Origin: Isurus oxyrinchus
Taxonomy: Eukaryota
Reading direction: 5' to 3'
NCBI GenBank assembly: GCA_026770705.1
Contig: JANJGN010000026.1
Span: forward strand, 31,000,001 to 31,064,000
DNA length: 64,000 nt
The position numbers were made by a program, and so were the translations under genes. Below, one piece after another: positions 13,950 to 25,929 of this stretch (position 1 is its first letter; every line of letters begins with the position of its first letter). The notes under the pieces were generated by a model. The model was given only the letters and a program-made list of their open reading frames with translations. It made no database searches and was not told where the DNA came from.

Positions 13950-14830
13950 GTTTGGAGAAGACCATGTCCTCTGTAGATCTGCACAGGAACCGCACTCTGC
14001 TTCTGGATACACTCGGTCTGCAAGCAGATGAAGCCTTTTAAGCATGACCCTAATGAAGGTCTTCCACGTGATGTTAGGGAGTGAGATGCCCCTGTAGTTG
14101 TTGCAATCTCCTCTGTCACCTTTATTTTTGTTTATTGTGATGATTTTTGTGTCACACATGTCTTGTGGAACGGATCCGACCATCCAACAGAGGAGGAGAT
14201 GATGAAGGTGTGGCAGTAGATGGGACTTTCCATGCTCAAGCAGTTCAGCTGGAATTCCATCCTTGCCGGGTGCCTTTATGCTTGCTGAACAATCAAATGT
14301 CCTTTTCCAGCTCAAGTGATGAGGTTTCCTGGTCCAACTCAGCCATGACAGGAAGCAGTGTCTAATAGAGACTGGGAGATGTCCGTCTCACAGGGAGTAC
14401 AGCTCCCAGTGTTAAACCCAGTGACAACCTGCTCACTTCTGTCAGTCAGCACTTCATCTGCCCATTTCATGGGAGGGGCAACTTTGGTGATGGTTGGACC
14501 AAGCGCCCTCTTGATGCCATCATACATGGCACATAGTTCCCGGTGTGACAGGCAGTTTGGATTTCTTGGTGTAGGCTGATCCAGTGTTTATTTACACAGC
14601 TCCTCATTGTCTTTTGCACAACTATCTTGGAGACTTTCAAGTTATGCAGTGGTCTGGCTGTTGGGTTTATGTTGTGCATCAGGTGGGCTGTGCTTTTTGC
14701 TTCAATGACAGATGTCATCTCTGCTGAGTGGGTCTCAAACCAGTCTTGTTGTGTGAGTTCCACCTTTACCAAATGTTGCTGCTGCTGTGTCAGAAATGAT
14801 TGAATCAGCAACTTCCAAGATTCATCAATA
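13950..14830 (-). mobile_element. Degraded RTE-clade LINE fragment, paralog of 780-1660
   Basis: ORF 13887-14315: KAPGKDGIPAELL...GDCNNYRGISL...RVYPEAECG. Confidence 0.85.
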
Positions 14831-15252
14831 TCAATGTTGATCGATGAAGCTTTTATTGATGTGCCTGTAAAATATTTTACTGTTTTGTTTCATGCTCCTT
14901 GATAATTTAATTTCATGATGGCGGTGTCACTGTGAAGAATGTGGAAGTCAGTAAGAATTGTCAGCAATGATTAATCAGCACTTTCTAATTGTCATTGTTA
15001 ATCAGAGGAACTGCAAAATACTCAGAGGTGGCAGGAAAACTCTCCCCGCAATAGCCCCCAAAACGCCCCTGAATATTCAGTCATTGGGGTGACCATTGAA
15101 AGAAAAGCTGCCTCTGAATGTGTGAGAGACACAATTTGTGAGAGACACAATCTGTGAGAAACAGCTTCTCCAGTCAGATTCTGTCTCTCCTGATCTTGCT
15201 GTTCCCCTATTCAGTCCTGGATGTGATGAACAGAAAAATCCAATCACTATAG

Positions 15253-16008
15253 TCACTTGTGAACTTGCTGGTGTCTCAGCAGTGTGGATGACCGACCAAA
15301 TCTTTTCCCACACATGGAGCAGGTGAATGGCCTCTCCCCAGTGTGAACTTGCTGGTGTCGCAGAAGGGTGCATGTCTGATTGAATCTCTTCTCACACATG
15401 GAGCATGAGAACGGCTTCTCTCCAGTGTGAGTGCGCTGGTGTACAGTGAGGTCAGATGATTGCTTGAACCCAATCCCACAGTGAGAGCATCTGAACGGTC
15501 TCTCGTCAGTGTGAACACGTTGATGGGACATCAGTTCCCCAGAACTTTTATAGCACTTCCCACAGTCTGGGCATTTAAAAGGTCTCTCATCAGAGTGAAC
15601 TCGCTGGTGTCTCAGCAGGTGGGCTGAAATGGTGAATCCCTTCCCACACTCGGAGCAGGTGAAGGGCCTCTCCCCAGTGTGCACTCGCTGGTGTGTCAGC
15701 AGGTTGGATGACTGAGTAAATCCCTTCCCACACTTGGAGCAGCTGAATGGTCTCTCCCCAGTGTGAGTGCGCTGGTGCGTCAGCAGATGGGATGAGGTAG
15801 TGAATCCCTTCCCACAGCTGGGGCAGGTAAACGGCCTCTCCCCGGTGTGAATGCGCCGATGAATTTCCAGCCTAACTGGATAATTGAATCCCTTCCCACA
15901 ATCACCACATTTCCACAGTTTCTCCCCAGTGCGACTGTGCTTGTGTCCCGACAGGACAGAACAAGTGAATGGTTTCTCTCCAACGTGAACAGTGCTTTTT
16001 CCTTCCAT
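15253..16008 (-). CDS. C2H2 zinc-finger protein, 251 aa, 8 intact fingers, no effector domain visible
   Basis: Uninterrupted ATG-to-stop ORF with TGERPF linkers. Exon acceptor (polypyrimidine + AG) at 16117-16118. An N-terminal ninth finger is internally deleted in frame. Confidence 0.92.
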   Translation of the reverse strand: MEGKSTVHVGEKPFTCSVLSGHKHSRTGEKLWKCGDCGKGFNYPVRLEIHRRIHTGERPFTCPSCGKGFTTSSHLLTHQRTHTGERPFSCSKCGKGFTQSSNLLTHQRVHTGERPFTCSECGKGFTISAHLLRHQRVHSDERPFKCPDCGKCYKSSGELMSHQRVHTDERPFRCSHCGIGFKQSSDLTVHQRTHTGEKPFSCSMCEKRFNQTCTLLRHQQVHTGERPFTCSMCGKRFGRSSTLLRHQQVHK

Positions 16009-16579
16009 GTTCGAAATCCAGTAATATTCAGGTTATAATTAATTGAACAACTTTGCCAGATCCTGATGTGATGTTGGTTTCAGTTTCCCGACTGCAAATC
16101 CTCCTCTTCTGATACCCTGAAATTGATTTAAAATAGAAAAAAGGGAGTGAGAGAGAACCCACAAAAAACACACAAAGCCAGGTTGCGAAACTGAGTTGAA
16201 TTAATCTGCTCATTTGTGGGGCCAGCACTAGGAAGAAGTGACCATTAAAGTTGATGGATTGTCGTAAAAACACAACTGGTTCACTAATATCCTTCAGGGA
16301 AGGGAACCTGCCTCCCGGTCTGGGCTACACAAGACTCTGGCTTTCATGAGAGGAGAGCAAGAGAAAGAGGTGGGAGAGGCAAAGTGTGGAGAGAGAGATT
16401 TCATATTTCTACAACTCGACCAGAACTTTGACAAGATCTCCTGAACTCTCAGCCTCCACCACCTAGAAGGACCAGATTGGCAGGTATATACGAACGCCAT
16501 CACCTACAAGTTCCTCTCCAACTCCACATTGTCCTAACTTGTTTGACATCCAGCTCTACATGAAGGGAAATTTCCTCCA

Positions 16580-16890
16580 TTTAACATATGAACATACGAA
16601 TTAGGAGCAGGAGTAGGCCACTTGGACCCTGGAGGCTGCTCTGTCATTCAACATGATCATGGCTGATCTAACTGTTACCTCAAGCCTACCCCCGTTAATC
16701 TTTCACCCCCTTGTTTATCAAGAATCTATCTACCTCTCCCTTAAAAATATTCAAAGACTCTGTTTCCACTGCCTTTTGAGGAAGGGAATTGCAAAGGCTC
16801 ATAAACCTCTGAGATAAAAAAAATCTCATCATCTCCGTGTTCAATGAGTGACCCCTTATTTTTACACTGTGACCCATACCTCACCTGGAC
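16580..16890 (-). mobile_element. CR1 LINE 3' fragment
   Basis: GHSVKIRG...FFLSQRFMSLCNSLPQKAVETESLNIFKGEVDRFL. Confidence 0.8.
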
Positions 16891-18340
16891 GCTCTCGTTC
16901 CCAGTAAAGCCTTTACTCTCTCTCTCCCTGGCTGCTCCCCCAAGTACAGCCCTCATCTCACCTCCCTTAACTCCAAGGGATGCAGACTTGAAAAGATACT
17001 GTGGACAATTGGTCTAAGCATCCACCCCCAGATCTTGCTGAAGCACATATCGCACTATAGGGTTCTTTTCTCTCCTGCTTTCACTGCTCACTATTCTAGG
17101 ATCATCCTCAAATGCAAATATAACCCCAGGCTTTTTCTCTTATGCAAATCATCTTTCTTAAACCTTCTTCCACGGTCTCCTCCACCCTCACTTCCAACAA
17201 TAAGAGATAGGAGCTCACAGACTTTTGTCACGAAGATCAAGATCATCCATTCAGCAACCTCCATCGCTTCCTTCCCTTCCACTAGCCCACCTGGCCAAAT
17301 TTCCGCTGAAGCTGTCCCCTGCCCTAGCTCCAAACATCTTTCTCTAGTTTCTACCCTATCTCCTTAATAGCCTTTCTGAATTTATCTTGTCCATGACACT
17401 CGCTTGCTTTCTCAATACTATTTTCACCTAAATTGCTAACTATTCAACTTCATCTCTTGGTTCCCATGTAAACAGATATTGTCAACAGTTCTCTCTGGGT
17501 GCTGTTCCTCTCTCCTTTAAATCTACCAAAACACCACTTTCCTCAATAAGCATCGCTTAATACATAAGCTTTTCTCAGTAAATACTGGGAAGACTGAAGT
17601 CATTATCTTCAGTCCCTGCTACAAACTCCACTGCCTCGTCACCGACCACTGACTCCATCTCTCTCCCTGGGAGCTGTCTGAGGCTGAATCAGGCAACCAT
17701 GGCAAAATATTTCACCCCAAGATGGGCTTCCATTCACATATCCGTATCATCACCAAGACCACCTATTTTCACCTCAGTAACATCGCCTGACTGTATCCCA
17801 GTTTCAGCTCATCTGCTGCTGAAACCATCATCCAATCCTTTGTCACCTCTGGACTTAACAACCCTAATGCACTCCCGGTCGTCCTTCCAGATTCAACCTC
17901 CACCATCCAAAACTCTGCTGCTCTTGTCCTTCCTTGGACCAAATCTTGTTCACCCATCACCCCTGTGATCGCTGATTGACAAAGGCTCCCAATTCAGAGG
18001 CAGCAACATTTTAAAATTCTCATCCTTGTTTTCCTCCATAGTTACGATCGTCCCTATCTCTGTAATCTCCTCCAGCCACAGAACCCTCCAACATATCTGC
18101 ACTCATCTAATTCTACCCTCTTGAGCATTCCCGATGTTAATCGCTTCACCATCGGTGGCTCAAGCTTTGGAAATTGCTCCCAAACCTCTCCAACTTGCTT
18201 TCCTCTTTTAAGATACACCTTAAATCAACCTCTTTCACCAAATTTATGTCCTAACATCTCATCATGTGGCTCGGTGTTAAATGTGGCTTTGTAAAATTTC
18301 TGTGAAATGCTTTGGAATGTTTTATGATAAGGCGCCAGAT
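16890..18340 (+). mobile_element. Degraded L2-type LINE
   Basis: Pyrimidine-rich. Remnants translate to NTGKTEVIIF, ITKTTYFHLSNIA and FKILILVF, typical of the L2 ORF2 C-terminus. Confidence 0.7.
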
Positions 18341-19079
18341 AAACACAGATTGTTCCCGTTGTTTTGGACTTACATCACCTTTCCTGCATCATCACTGGGT
18401 GAAAATCCTGTAACTCCTTACCTAACAGCACTGTGGGACCATCTTCACCACATGGACTGCAGCGGTTCAAGAAGGTCAAACATCATCTTCTCCACAAGCA
18501 ACTGGTGAATGGCAATATATGTTGGTATTGGTGGAGAGCGAAACAGAGTTAACGATTCAGGGTCTGTAGAATGAATTACAGGCAATAAAAATGGTGCAGA
18601 ATTTGATGAATAATTTCAGCTCAAAAGTGAAAGAGTGAACCAGCACATGTTCCAGGGATGGTCAGCAGTGGACACATCATTTAGGCATTGTCGGCAGAAG
18701 GAACAGTAAAATGCTAAACAGAACTAAAATACATTAATTATTGGAGGCAGAGGAAGTTAGACAATGGCAGAGAGGTGATCAGGGAGGGCAGAGGTGAAAT
18801 GGAGTAATGGATGGACATGGATTCAGATCCAAAGCAGAGGAATCAGACCAGCCCCAGAGCCATGGAACCTCTCACAAAAAGCAATGGTCAAAAATACTCA
18901 CATCTGAAACAATTTCAGTTTTCAATATTAAAATCTCCTGCTGGAGCCGGCAGCTGGAAAGATATCAGAAGCACTGGAGTCAGAGAAAAATCTCCCAGTT
19001 GAGTAAATACCCGGGCAGCGGGGTGATGTCACCGCACAATTGTCGGTGTGTGATCACATCACAGGCATGAACACAGAAC

Positions 19080-19430
19080 ATCTGGGTCTGTGCAAACAGT
19101 GATCACCACACATTATGAAGGATGTGAGGAACCTTGAGAGGGTGCAGAGGAGATTTACCAGAATGATTCCAGGGATGAGGGGCTTTAGTTGCAATGTTAG
19201 GTTGGAGAAACTGGGCTTGTTATCCTTGGAGCAAAGGAGATTGAGGGGAGATTTGATAGAGGTGTACAAGTTAATAATAGGTTTAGATAAGGTAGATAAA
19301 GAAAAGCTTTTCCCATTATTTGATTGTAAAAAATTATGGACACAGATTTACGATTTTGCGTAGAGATAAAGGGGGAATGTGAGGAATAACTTTTTTTTAC
19401 ACAGTGAGTGGTAATGACCTGGAACTCAAC
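19080..19430 (+). mobile_element. CR1 LINE fragment
   Basis: KDVRNLERVQRRFTRMIPGMRG...LEQRRLRGDLIEVYK. Confidence 0.85.
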
Positions 19431-19439
19431 GTTTACACT

Positions 19440-19590
19440 CAAAGGCCGATAACATCCAGGTCCTGATGAATCGGGTCTGCTCTGAATGTGATGTTTGGTT
19501 TGACTTTCCCGTCTGTAAATCCTCCCCTCCTCACCCTCTGTAAAAGGTGTTTCCAAAATCCATCCCTGTCAGTCCAGGATAGGAATTCAC
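19440..19590 (-). pseudogene. Truncated ZNF exon header (no fingers follow; CR1 abuts)
   Basis: ttttacag|agggtgaggaggggaggatttacagacgggaaagtcaaaccaaacatcac is homologous to the headers at 9107, 16116 and 23991. Confidence 0.65.
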
Positions 19591-19699
19591 CCCATTCTCT
19601 CCTCCTGCTCCAGGGTCAGTAATGTGAGTTAAAGATGATTTCTCATGAACAAACCCATTGCTGCATTTCCTTCATTAACGCACATTTGTCCACTTGGGT

Positions 19700-20020
19700 C
19701 TGGCACCGGGAGAAAGCCCGCAGCTGCCGTTCCGTTCGGTGCAAAAGTGAGCCCAGTACTTTCTTATTGGGGGTGTTGAGGCCTCCACTGGGTGTTTGTG
19801 AAGCCTCCCCTCCCACCCACTGCCCCTAACGCTGCCTCCGCTTATCCGCCTCCTTCCGCCTGAAGACGAGACAAACAAGCGTCTGTCCATGGACATTACC
19901 CGCACTACGCATGCTCCAGATCACACTTTCCGGAGGTTGATTGACAGCAGCTCCGGACCAATAGGAAGAGGGGGCGGGGCTGAGCCCGACTCTCTCTCTC
20001 TCATTGGCTGAAACCCTGCA
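19700..20020 (-). promoter_or_regulatory. CpG-rich promoter and short first exon, probably for the minus-strand ZNF gene
   Basis: Two CCAAT boxes, GC box GGGGCGGGGC, ETS CCGGAA, NRF1-like GCATGCG, donor CGG|GTAATG at 19899. Confidence 0.65.
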
Positions 20021-20429
20021 TCATTTTGAAAGCTGATTTGTCTCAAACTCCAGGAGAAAACTGGACCTTTCTGTTTGTGGCTTTAACCAGATGAAACCCT
20101 GTGGGTGTGGAGCAAACATTTCAACATTTGTTAGTGAAATGGATTCATTCAGGACAGACAGCAGGGATTATTTCAGGAAATTACACAGTGTAGCGATTAT
20201 TTCTCTTTGAACTCATCCCTCGGAGAACAGTGTGAATTAGTGGAAGAATTCACAGGTTGTTTAATGCTCCTTCCATAACTGGAACCATTTAATTCCAGCC
20301 GATCTGTTGGTCCGGCTTCAACTGGGAGAGTTTGATGAGTTCCCACAACTCACACAATGGGAGCGGACAGCGAGACCCACCGGACACACCTATCCTGCCT
20401 GATAGCAACCCAGAATGAACTGGAGTCAA

Positions 20430-20540
20430 GTTCTGTCGAAGGGTCATGAGGACTCGAAACGTCAACTCTTTTCTTCTCCGCCGATACTGCCAGACCTGCT
20501 GAGTTTTTCCAGGTAATTCTGTTTTTGTTTTTGTTTTGGA
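20430..20540. mobile_element. Short Penelope-terminus-like repeat
   Basis: gaagggtcatgaggactcgaaacgtcaact...cagacctgctgagtttttccag. Related copies at 20930-21098, 36935-37040 and 61635-61780. Confidence 0.65.
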
Positions 20541-20859
20541 GTCATCTCCACTCAGCAGGAGTGTCCGCAGTGGTGTTTCTGACTCGGGGCAGGAACGTTA
20601 ACAGTTATTTCTTACTAATAACCCCAAAACATGCAAGCGCCATCAAACTGGAATCTACTCCTTTTTACCTTCATCATTGTCCAAATGAAGTCTTAATTTT
20701 ACTTTTGCAGCTTGTGAGAGCACAGAACTACAGTAGCTGTAGAAACCTCATTCTTATCTACCCTCTACCATATCTCTACCCATTTCCTCAGATTCAAACC
20801 AATCCTGTCTTTGACCAGGATCCTAAAATTCATTGTGTTAGTTGATTACTGATTCAGGT

Positions 20860-21560
20860 TAAGGAGGGACGTATTTGCATTGGAGGCAGTTCAGAGAAGG
20901 TTCGGTAGGCTAATTCCTGGAATAAAGGGATAAAAACAAAAAACTGCGGATGCTGGAAATCCAAAACAAAAACAGAATTACCTGGAAAAACTCAGCAGGC
21001 GTTCTGTCGGAGGGTCATGAGGACTCAAAACGTCAACTCTTTTCTTCTCCGCCGATGCTGCCAGACCTGCTGAGTTTTTCCAGGTAATTCTGTTTTTGTC
21101 CTGGTATAAAGGGGTTTGTCTTAAGAGGAAAGGTTGAGCAGGTTGGGTCTATATTCATTGGGATTTGACAATGAGAAGTGATCTTCCTGAAGCATGTAAG
21201 ATTATGAAGGGGCTTTACAGGGTAGATACTGAGAGGATGTTTCCTCTTGTGGGAGAACCTAGAGATAGGGCGTATTTAACACGTAACGGGCCTCCCATTT
21301 AAGACTGAGATGAGAGGAATTTCTTCTCTCAGAGGGTTTGACAGTCTTTGGAATTCTCTTCCCCAGTGAATTGTGGAGGCTGGGTCATTGAATAAAGTCA
21401 AGGCGGAGTTGAAGAGATTTTTGATCCACAAGAGAGTCAAGGTTTATGGGGGAGAAACAGGAAAGTGGTGTTAAGGGTACAATCAGATCAGCCATGATCT
21501 TACTGAATGGTGGAGCAGGCTCAATGGGTCAAATGGCTTACTCCTGCTCCTATTTCTTAT
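20860..21560 (+). mobile_element. CR1 3' fragment with nested insertion
   Basis: ALEAVQRRFGRLIPG...LWNSLP. Interrupted at 20930-21098. Confidence 0.8.
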
Positions 21561-21899
21561 TGTCTGCTTCCTGGGTCAGGATGGCTCTACACGTACTCTG
21601 CATCGGGGATGTGAGGGTGAATACGTTTACACAGTGAGTGGCATTGTCCTGGAACTTGCTGCCAATGGGAGTGCTGGAAGTGGTGATGAATTATTTCAAA
21701 CAGAAACTGGATGGACACTCAAGGGAAATAAACTTGCAGAGCAACAGGGTTAGAGTGGGGGAATGGGACTAACTGGATTCCTCGACAGAGAGCTGGTGTG
21801 GACTCCTGACCTGGAATCACTCGGTGACTCCATGAGTCCTGTTTTCTGCTTATTGTGCATTTGTAAGTTGATCTGTCCTGGTTTTATAAACCCATTCAG

Positions 21900-22370
21900 G
21901 CCAATAATGGGCCAGGTAATTTCACAGTGATCCCAATCAGCATGTTGTGGTCTGAACTGGGATTGGGACAGGTACTTTCTGTGAAGCTTCCTTTAACAGT
22001 TTGACCAACTCTGTCCAGGCTGGTGTCCATTCCCACTCAGCAATCCTTCTCAACAAAGCAAAGAGGGGAACTCTTAATGGGGCAAAACCCTTGACAAAAA
22101 CATCATCAATCCTGAGAATGACCAGACCACCTTCATAGTTGTTGGTGGGGGCAACTCCTGTCCAGCTTTTTTTAAATGTTATCAATGTTACCCCCCCACA
22201 TAGCTCATATTCACTCCTGAAACATTTACCTTCTCCTGCACTGATTTCTTGAGATGAATCTTGAACGTTCCCTGGCCAATCCTTGTTACAATTCTCTCAG
22301 TAATCTCACCTGACTCTCAATGTCCAGATTTAGCAACAGTAAATCATCCAGCTCCTGTATTAAACTCTCA
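21900..22370 (-). mobile_element. LTR-retroelement (Gypsy/ERV) reverse transcriptase remnant
   Basis: LIQELDDLLL (degenerate YxDD motif) then FVKGFAPLRVPLFALLRRIAEWEWTPAWTELVKLLKEA (thumb/connection-like). Confidence 0.65.
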
Positions 22371-22881
22371 GACTGATTAAACTGATTAGTCACACTCCCC
22401 TGCCCTCTCCCAGAGCTCTGCAGAATGTACCTTTCAACTAGAGATCCAATTCACTTTGGGAAGTTACCATTGAATCTACTTCCACCTTTCGGAGAGTGTG
22501 TTCCAGATCACAACTCACTCAGTAAAACGTCTTTCCTCATCTCCCCTCAGGCTTTTTGCCAATTATTTGACGTGGTCTGTTTACTCCTCACTTTTTGTTA
22601 AATCAATTTGCTGAGTGGATTCAGGTTTAAATTTAAACCAAGTTTGTAGGTGTGATGGTCTATTCACACATCGAAGGTGGGAGAGATGCTGTAGGACTAT
22701 GGACATTGTTAGAGCAATCAAGGGCATAACACACTGAGTGTTTTAAATAATGACACTATTCACAATATTAAATTCTCACCATTATATGGGGTGATTAACA
22801 TCAGCAGAAACAAAGCCCAACTATCAGAATGAACATGGTTCATTCCTGGACGTCATTAACAGCAGAATCCAACCCCTGGAG

Positions 22882-23991
22882 TCACTTGTGGACTCGCTGG
22901 TGTCTCAGCAGGGTGGATGAGTGAGTGAATCCCTTCCCACAAACAGAGCAGCTGAACGGATCCTCCCCATGTGAACTCGCTGGTGACTCTGAACATTGGA
23001 TGAGCGACGAAATCTCTTCCCACACTTGGAGCAGGTGAATGGCCTCTCCCCGGTGTGGCCTCGCTGGTGTGCCAGCAGGTTGGATGCATGAGTGAATCCC
23101 TTACCACACTCGGAGCAGATGAACAGCCTCTCCCCAGTGTGACTGCGTTGGTGTATCAGCAGATCCCTTGTGCTTTTAAAGCCAGAATCACAGTCAGAAC
23201 ATTGAAAAGGTCTCTGATCAGTATGAAGAAGTTGGTGTGATGTGAGGTTGGTTAAACAAGTGAATCCCTTCCCACACACGGGGCAGGTGAACGGTCTGTC
23301 CCCAGTGTGAACACGGAGATGTTCAGTGAGATTGGATGACCGTCCAAATCTCTTCCCGCAGTGAGAGCAACTGAATGGTCTCTCCCTGGTGTGAACTCGC
23401 TTGTGTTTAGTCAGGGTAGATGATTTAGTAAAGTCCTTCCCACACATGGAGCAGGTGAATGGTCTCTCCCCAGTGTGAACTCGCTGGTGTGTTAACAAGG
23501 TAGATAACTGAGTGAATCCCTTCCCGCAATCAGAACAGATGAACGGTCTCTCCCCGGTGTGACTGCGTCGATCAGTTTCCAGCTTGGATGGATAATTGAA
23601 TCCCTTCCCACAGTCCCCACATTTCCATGGTTTCTACGTGGTGTGGGTGTCCTTGTGCTTCTCCAAGTTGGATGATCAGTTGAAGCCTCGTCCACACACA
23701 GAAAAAGGGGAACTTTTCTCTCCGCTGAGAATGATGTGATATTTTTCAGGCTCTGTTACTGGTTAAAGCTCTTTCCAGTCAGTTCACTGGATCACTCTCA
23801 TTTGGGTGTGTGTGTGTCTCATTGCTTTTCCAGCCACACTGATGTTTGAAATCATTTCCTAGAGGCAAAAATTTCTTGTGCTGCATTCAAAGGCTGATGA
23901 TATTCAGGTCCTGATGAAACAAGTGACCGTCAGATCTTGACGTGATGTTTGATTTGAGTTTCATGAATGTAAATTTTCCCTGTCTTATGTC
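22882..23991 (-). pseudogene. C2H2 zinc-finger gene with disablements (~10 finger units)
   Basis: Well-preserved array. In-frame TGA (~23676) and TAG (~23634) lie upstream of ORF 22905-23498, with a 1-nt frameshift before the last finger (~22965). Acceptor at 23992. Confidence 0.85.
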
Positions 23992-24299
23992 CTGGAAAAG
24001 GAGTTTACAAAGTCAACCCTGTCAATCCAGGACAGAAATTCAGAGCAGACAATTCTAGTTTCTATGGAATATTTTTTCCTCTCTAGTTGCCCCAAAGCTG
24101 TAAATCCCCGTCCCACACACTGTCCCTCCTCCCTGGGCTGAAATCCAAACCCATTTCACCATCTCCAGCATTTCTTTCCTCCAATCCCAGTTTTCTCCCT
24201 CCCTCTCCTCTACCTGGGATCAGTTCTCCAGCAGAGTGAGAATAAAATAAATGAGTCAATCATTTTCTCTCCTGGTCACTGGGACTGTGACTCATTTCA

Positions 24300-24738
24300 G
24301 CCCTACAAACAGCACCATTTACAGCAGAGAGAAACCATGCACGTGTTCTGTGTGTAGTCAAGGCTTCACTGATCATCTCTCTTGTTAAAACACAAGTGCA
24401 ATCACACTGGGGAGAAACTGTGTCAATGTGGGGATCTTGAAGGCAATTCAATGATCTGTCAGATCTGGAAACTCAATGCCAGTCACACAGGGTAGAGGCT
24501 GTTCTCCTGTACTGAGTGTGGGAAAGGATTTATATCACACTTTCAGTCACACCAGGGACTGCACACTTACAGGAGACTGTTTAAATGTTCTGACTGCAAG
24601 AAGAGATTGAAAAGCAGAAGGGATCTCCTGAAACACCAGTGAGTTCACACTGAGGAGGTGCTGTTCACCTGCTCTGTGTGTGAAAAGAGCTTCACTTGTT
24701 AATCCAACCTGCAGACAGACTGATGAGTTGACAAGTGA
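24300..24738 (+). pseudogene. Degraded C2H2 zinc-finger pseudogene
   Basis: Finger/linker remnants ([39 protein letters not shown]) followed by the shared 3' UTR. Confidence 0.8.
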
Positions 24739-24827
24739 CAACAGGGGTTGGATTCTGCTGTTATTGCTGCTGTTAACCACATCGAGGACTGAACACTGAC
24801 TGTGACACTGAGGTTTATTTCTGCTGA

Positions 24828-25760
24828 TCACAGAATCACACAATGCAGAAGAAGCCCTTCGGCCCATTGAGTCTGCACAAGTGAGAAACACGTGACCTAC
24901 CTACCTACCTAATTCCATTTACCAGCACTTGGCCTATAGCCTTGAATGTTGTGACGTGCCAAGTGCTCATCCAGGTACTTTTTAAAGGATATGAGGCATC
25001 CCACCTCCACTATCTTCCCAGGCAGTGCATTCCAGACCATCACCACCCTCTGGGTAAAAAGGTTTTTCCTCTCATCCCCCCTAAACCTCCTGCCCCTCAC
25101 CTTGAACTTGTATCCCCTCATGACTGACCTTTCAACCGGGGGAACAGCTTCTCCCTATCCAGCCTGTCCATGCCCCGCGTAATCTTGTACACCTCAATCA
25201 GGTCGCCCCTCAGTCTTCTCTTCTCCAATGAAAATAACCCAAGTCTATCCAACCACTCTTCATAACTTAAATGTTTCATCCCAGGCAACATCCTGGTGAA
25301 TCTCCTCTGCACCCCTCCAGTGCAATCACATCCTTCCTATAATGTGGCGACCAGAACTGCACACAGTACTCCAGCTGTGGCCTCACCGAGGTTCTACACA
25401 ACTCCAACATGACCTCCCTAATTTTGTAATCTATGCATCGATTGATAAAGGCAAGTGTCCCATATGCCTTTTGCACCACCCCACTAACATGCCCCTCCGC
25501 CTTCAGAAATCTATGGATACACATGCCAAGGTTCCTTTGTTCCTCAGAACTTCCTAGTGTCATGCCGTTCATTGAATACTTCCTTGTCAAATTACTCCTT
25601 CCAAAGTGTATCACCTCATACTTTTCAGGGTTAAATTCCATCTCCCACTTATCTGCCCATTTGACCATCCCACCTATATCTTCCTGTAGCCCAAGACACT
25701 CAACCACACTGTTAACCACCTGGTCGATCTTTGTGTTATCCACAAACCTACGAATCCTAC
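24828..25760 (-). mobile_element. CR1 LINE, 5'-truncated, inserted in the ZNF 3' UTR
   Basis: ORFs 25276-25743, 25118-25312 and 24909-25121 give the CR1 ORF2 C-terminus. Nearly identical to 31950-32880. Confidence 0.92.
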
Positions 25761-25929
25761 TTCTGAATAATATTTAATCTTAATCGGGTGAAATTTAATA
25801 TTCTGGCTGTCGGTTTGCTTTACCTTGTATCCTTTCGTCACCAAATGAATTATATTACTTCAGGTTATGTTTGAGGTTTTGTGTGATGAAACAAACAGTG
25901 ATTTACTTGTACTTCTTGCAGCTGAGTTA

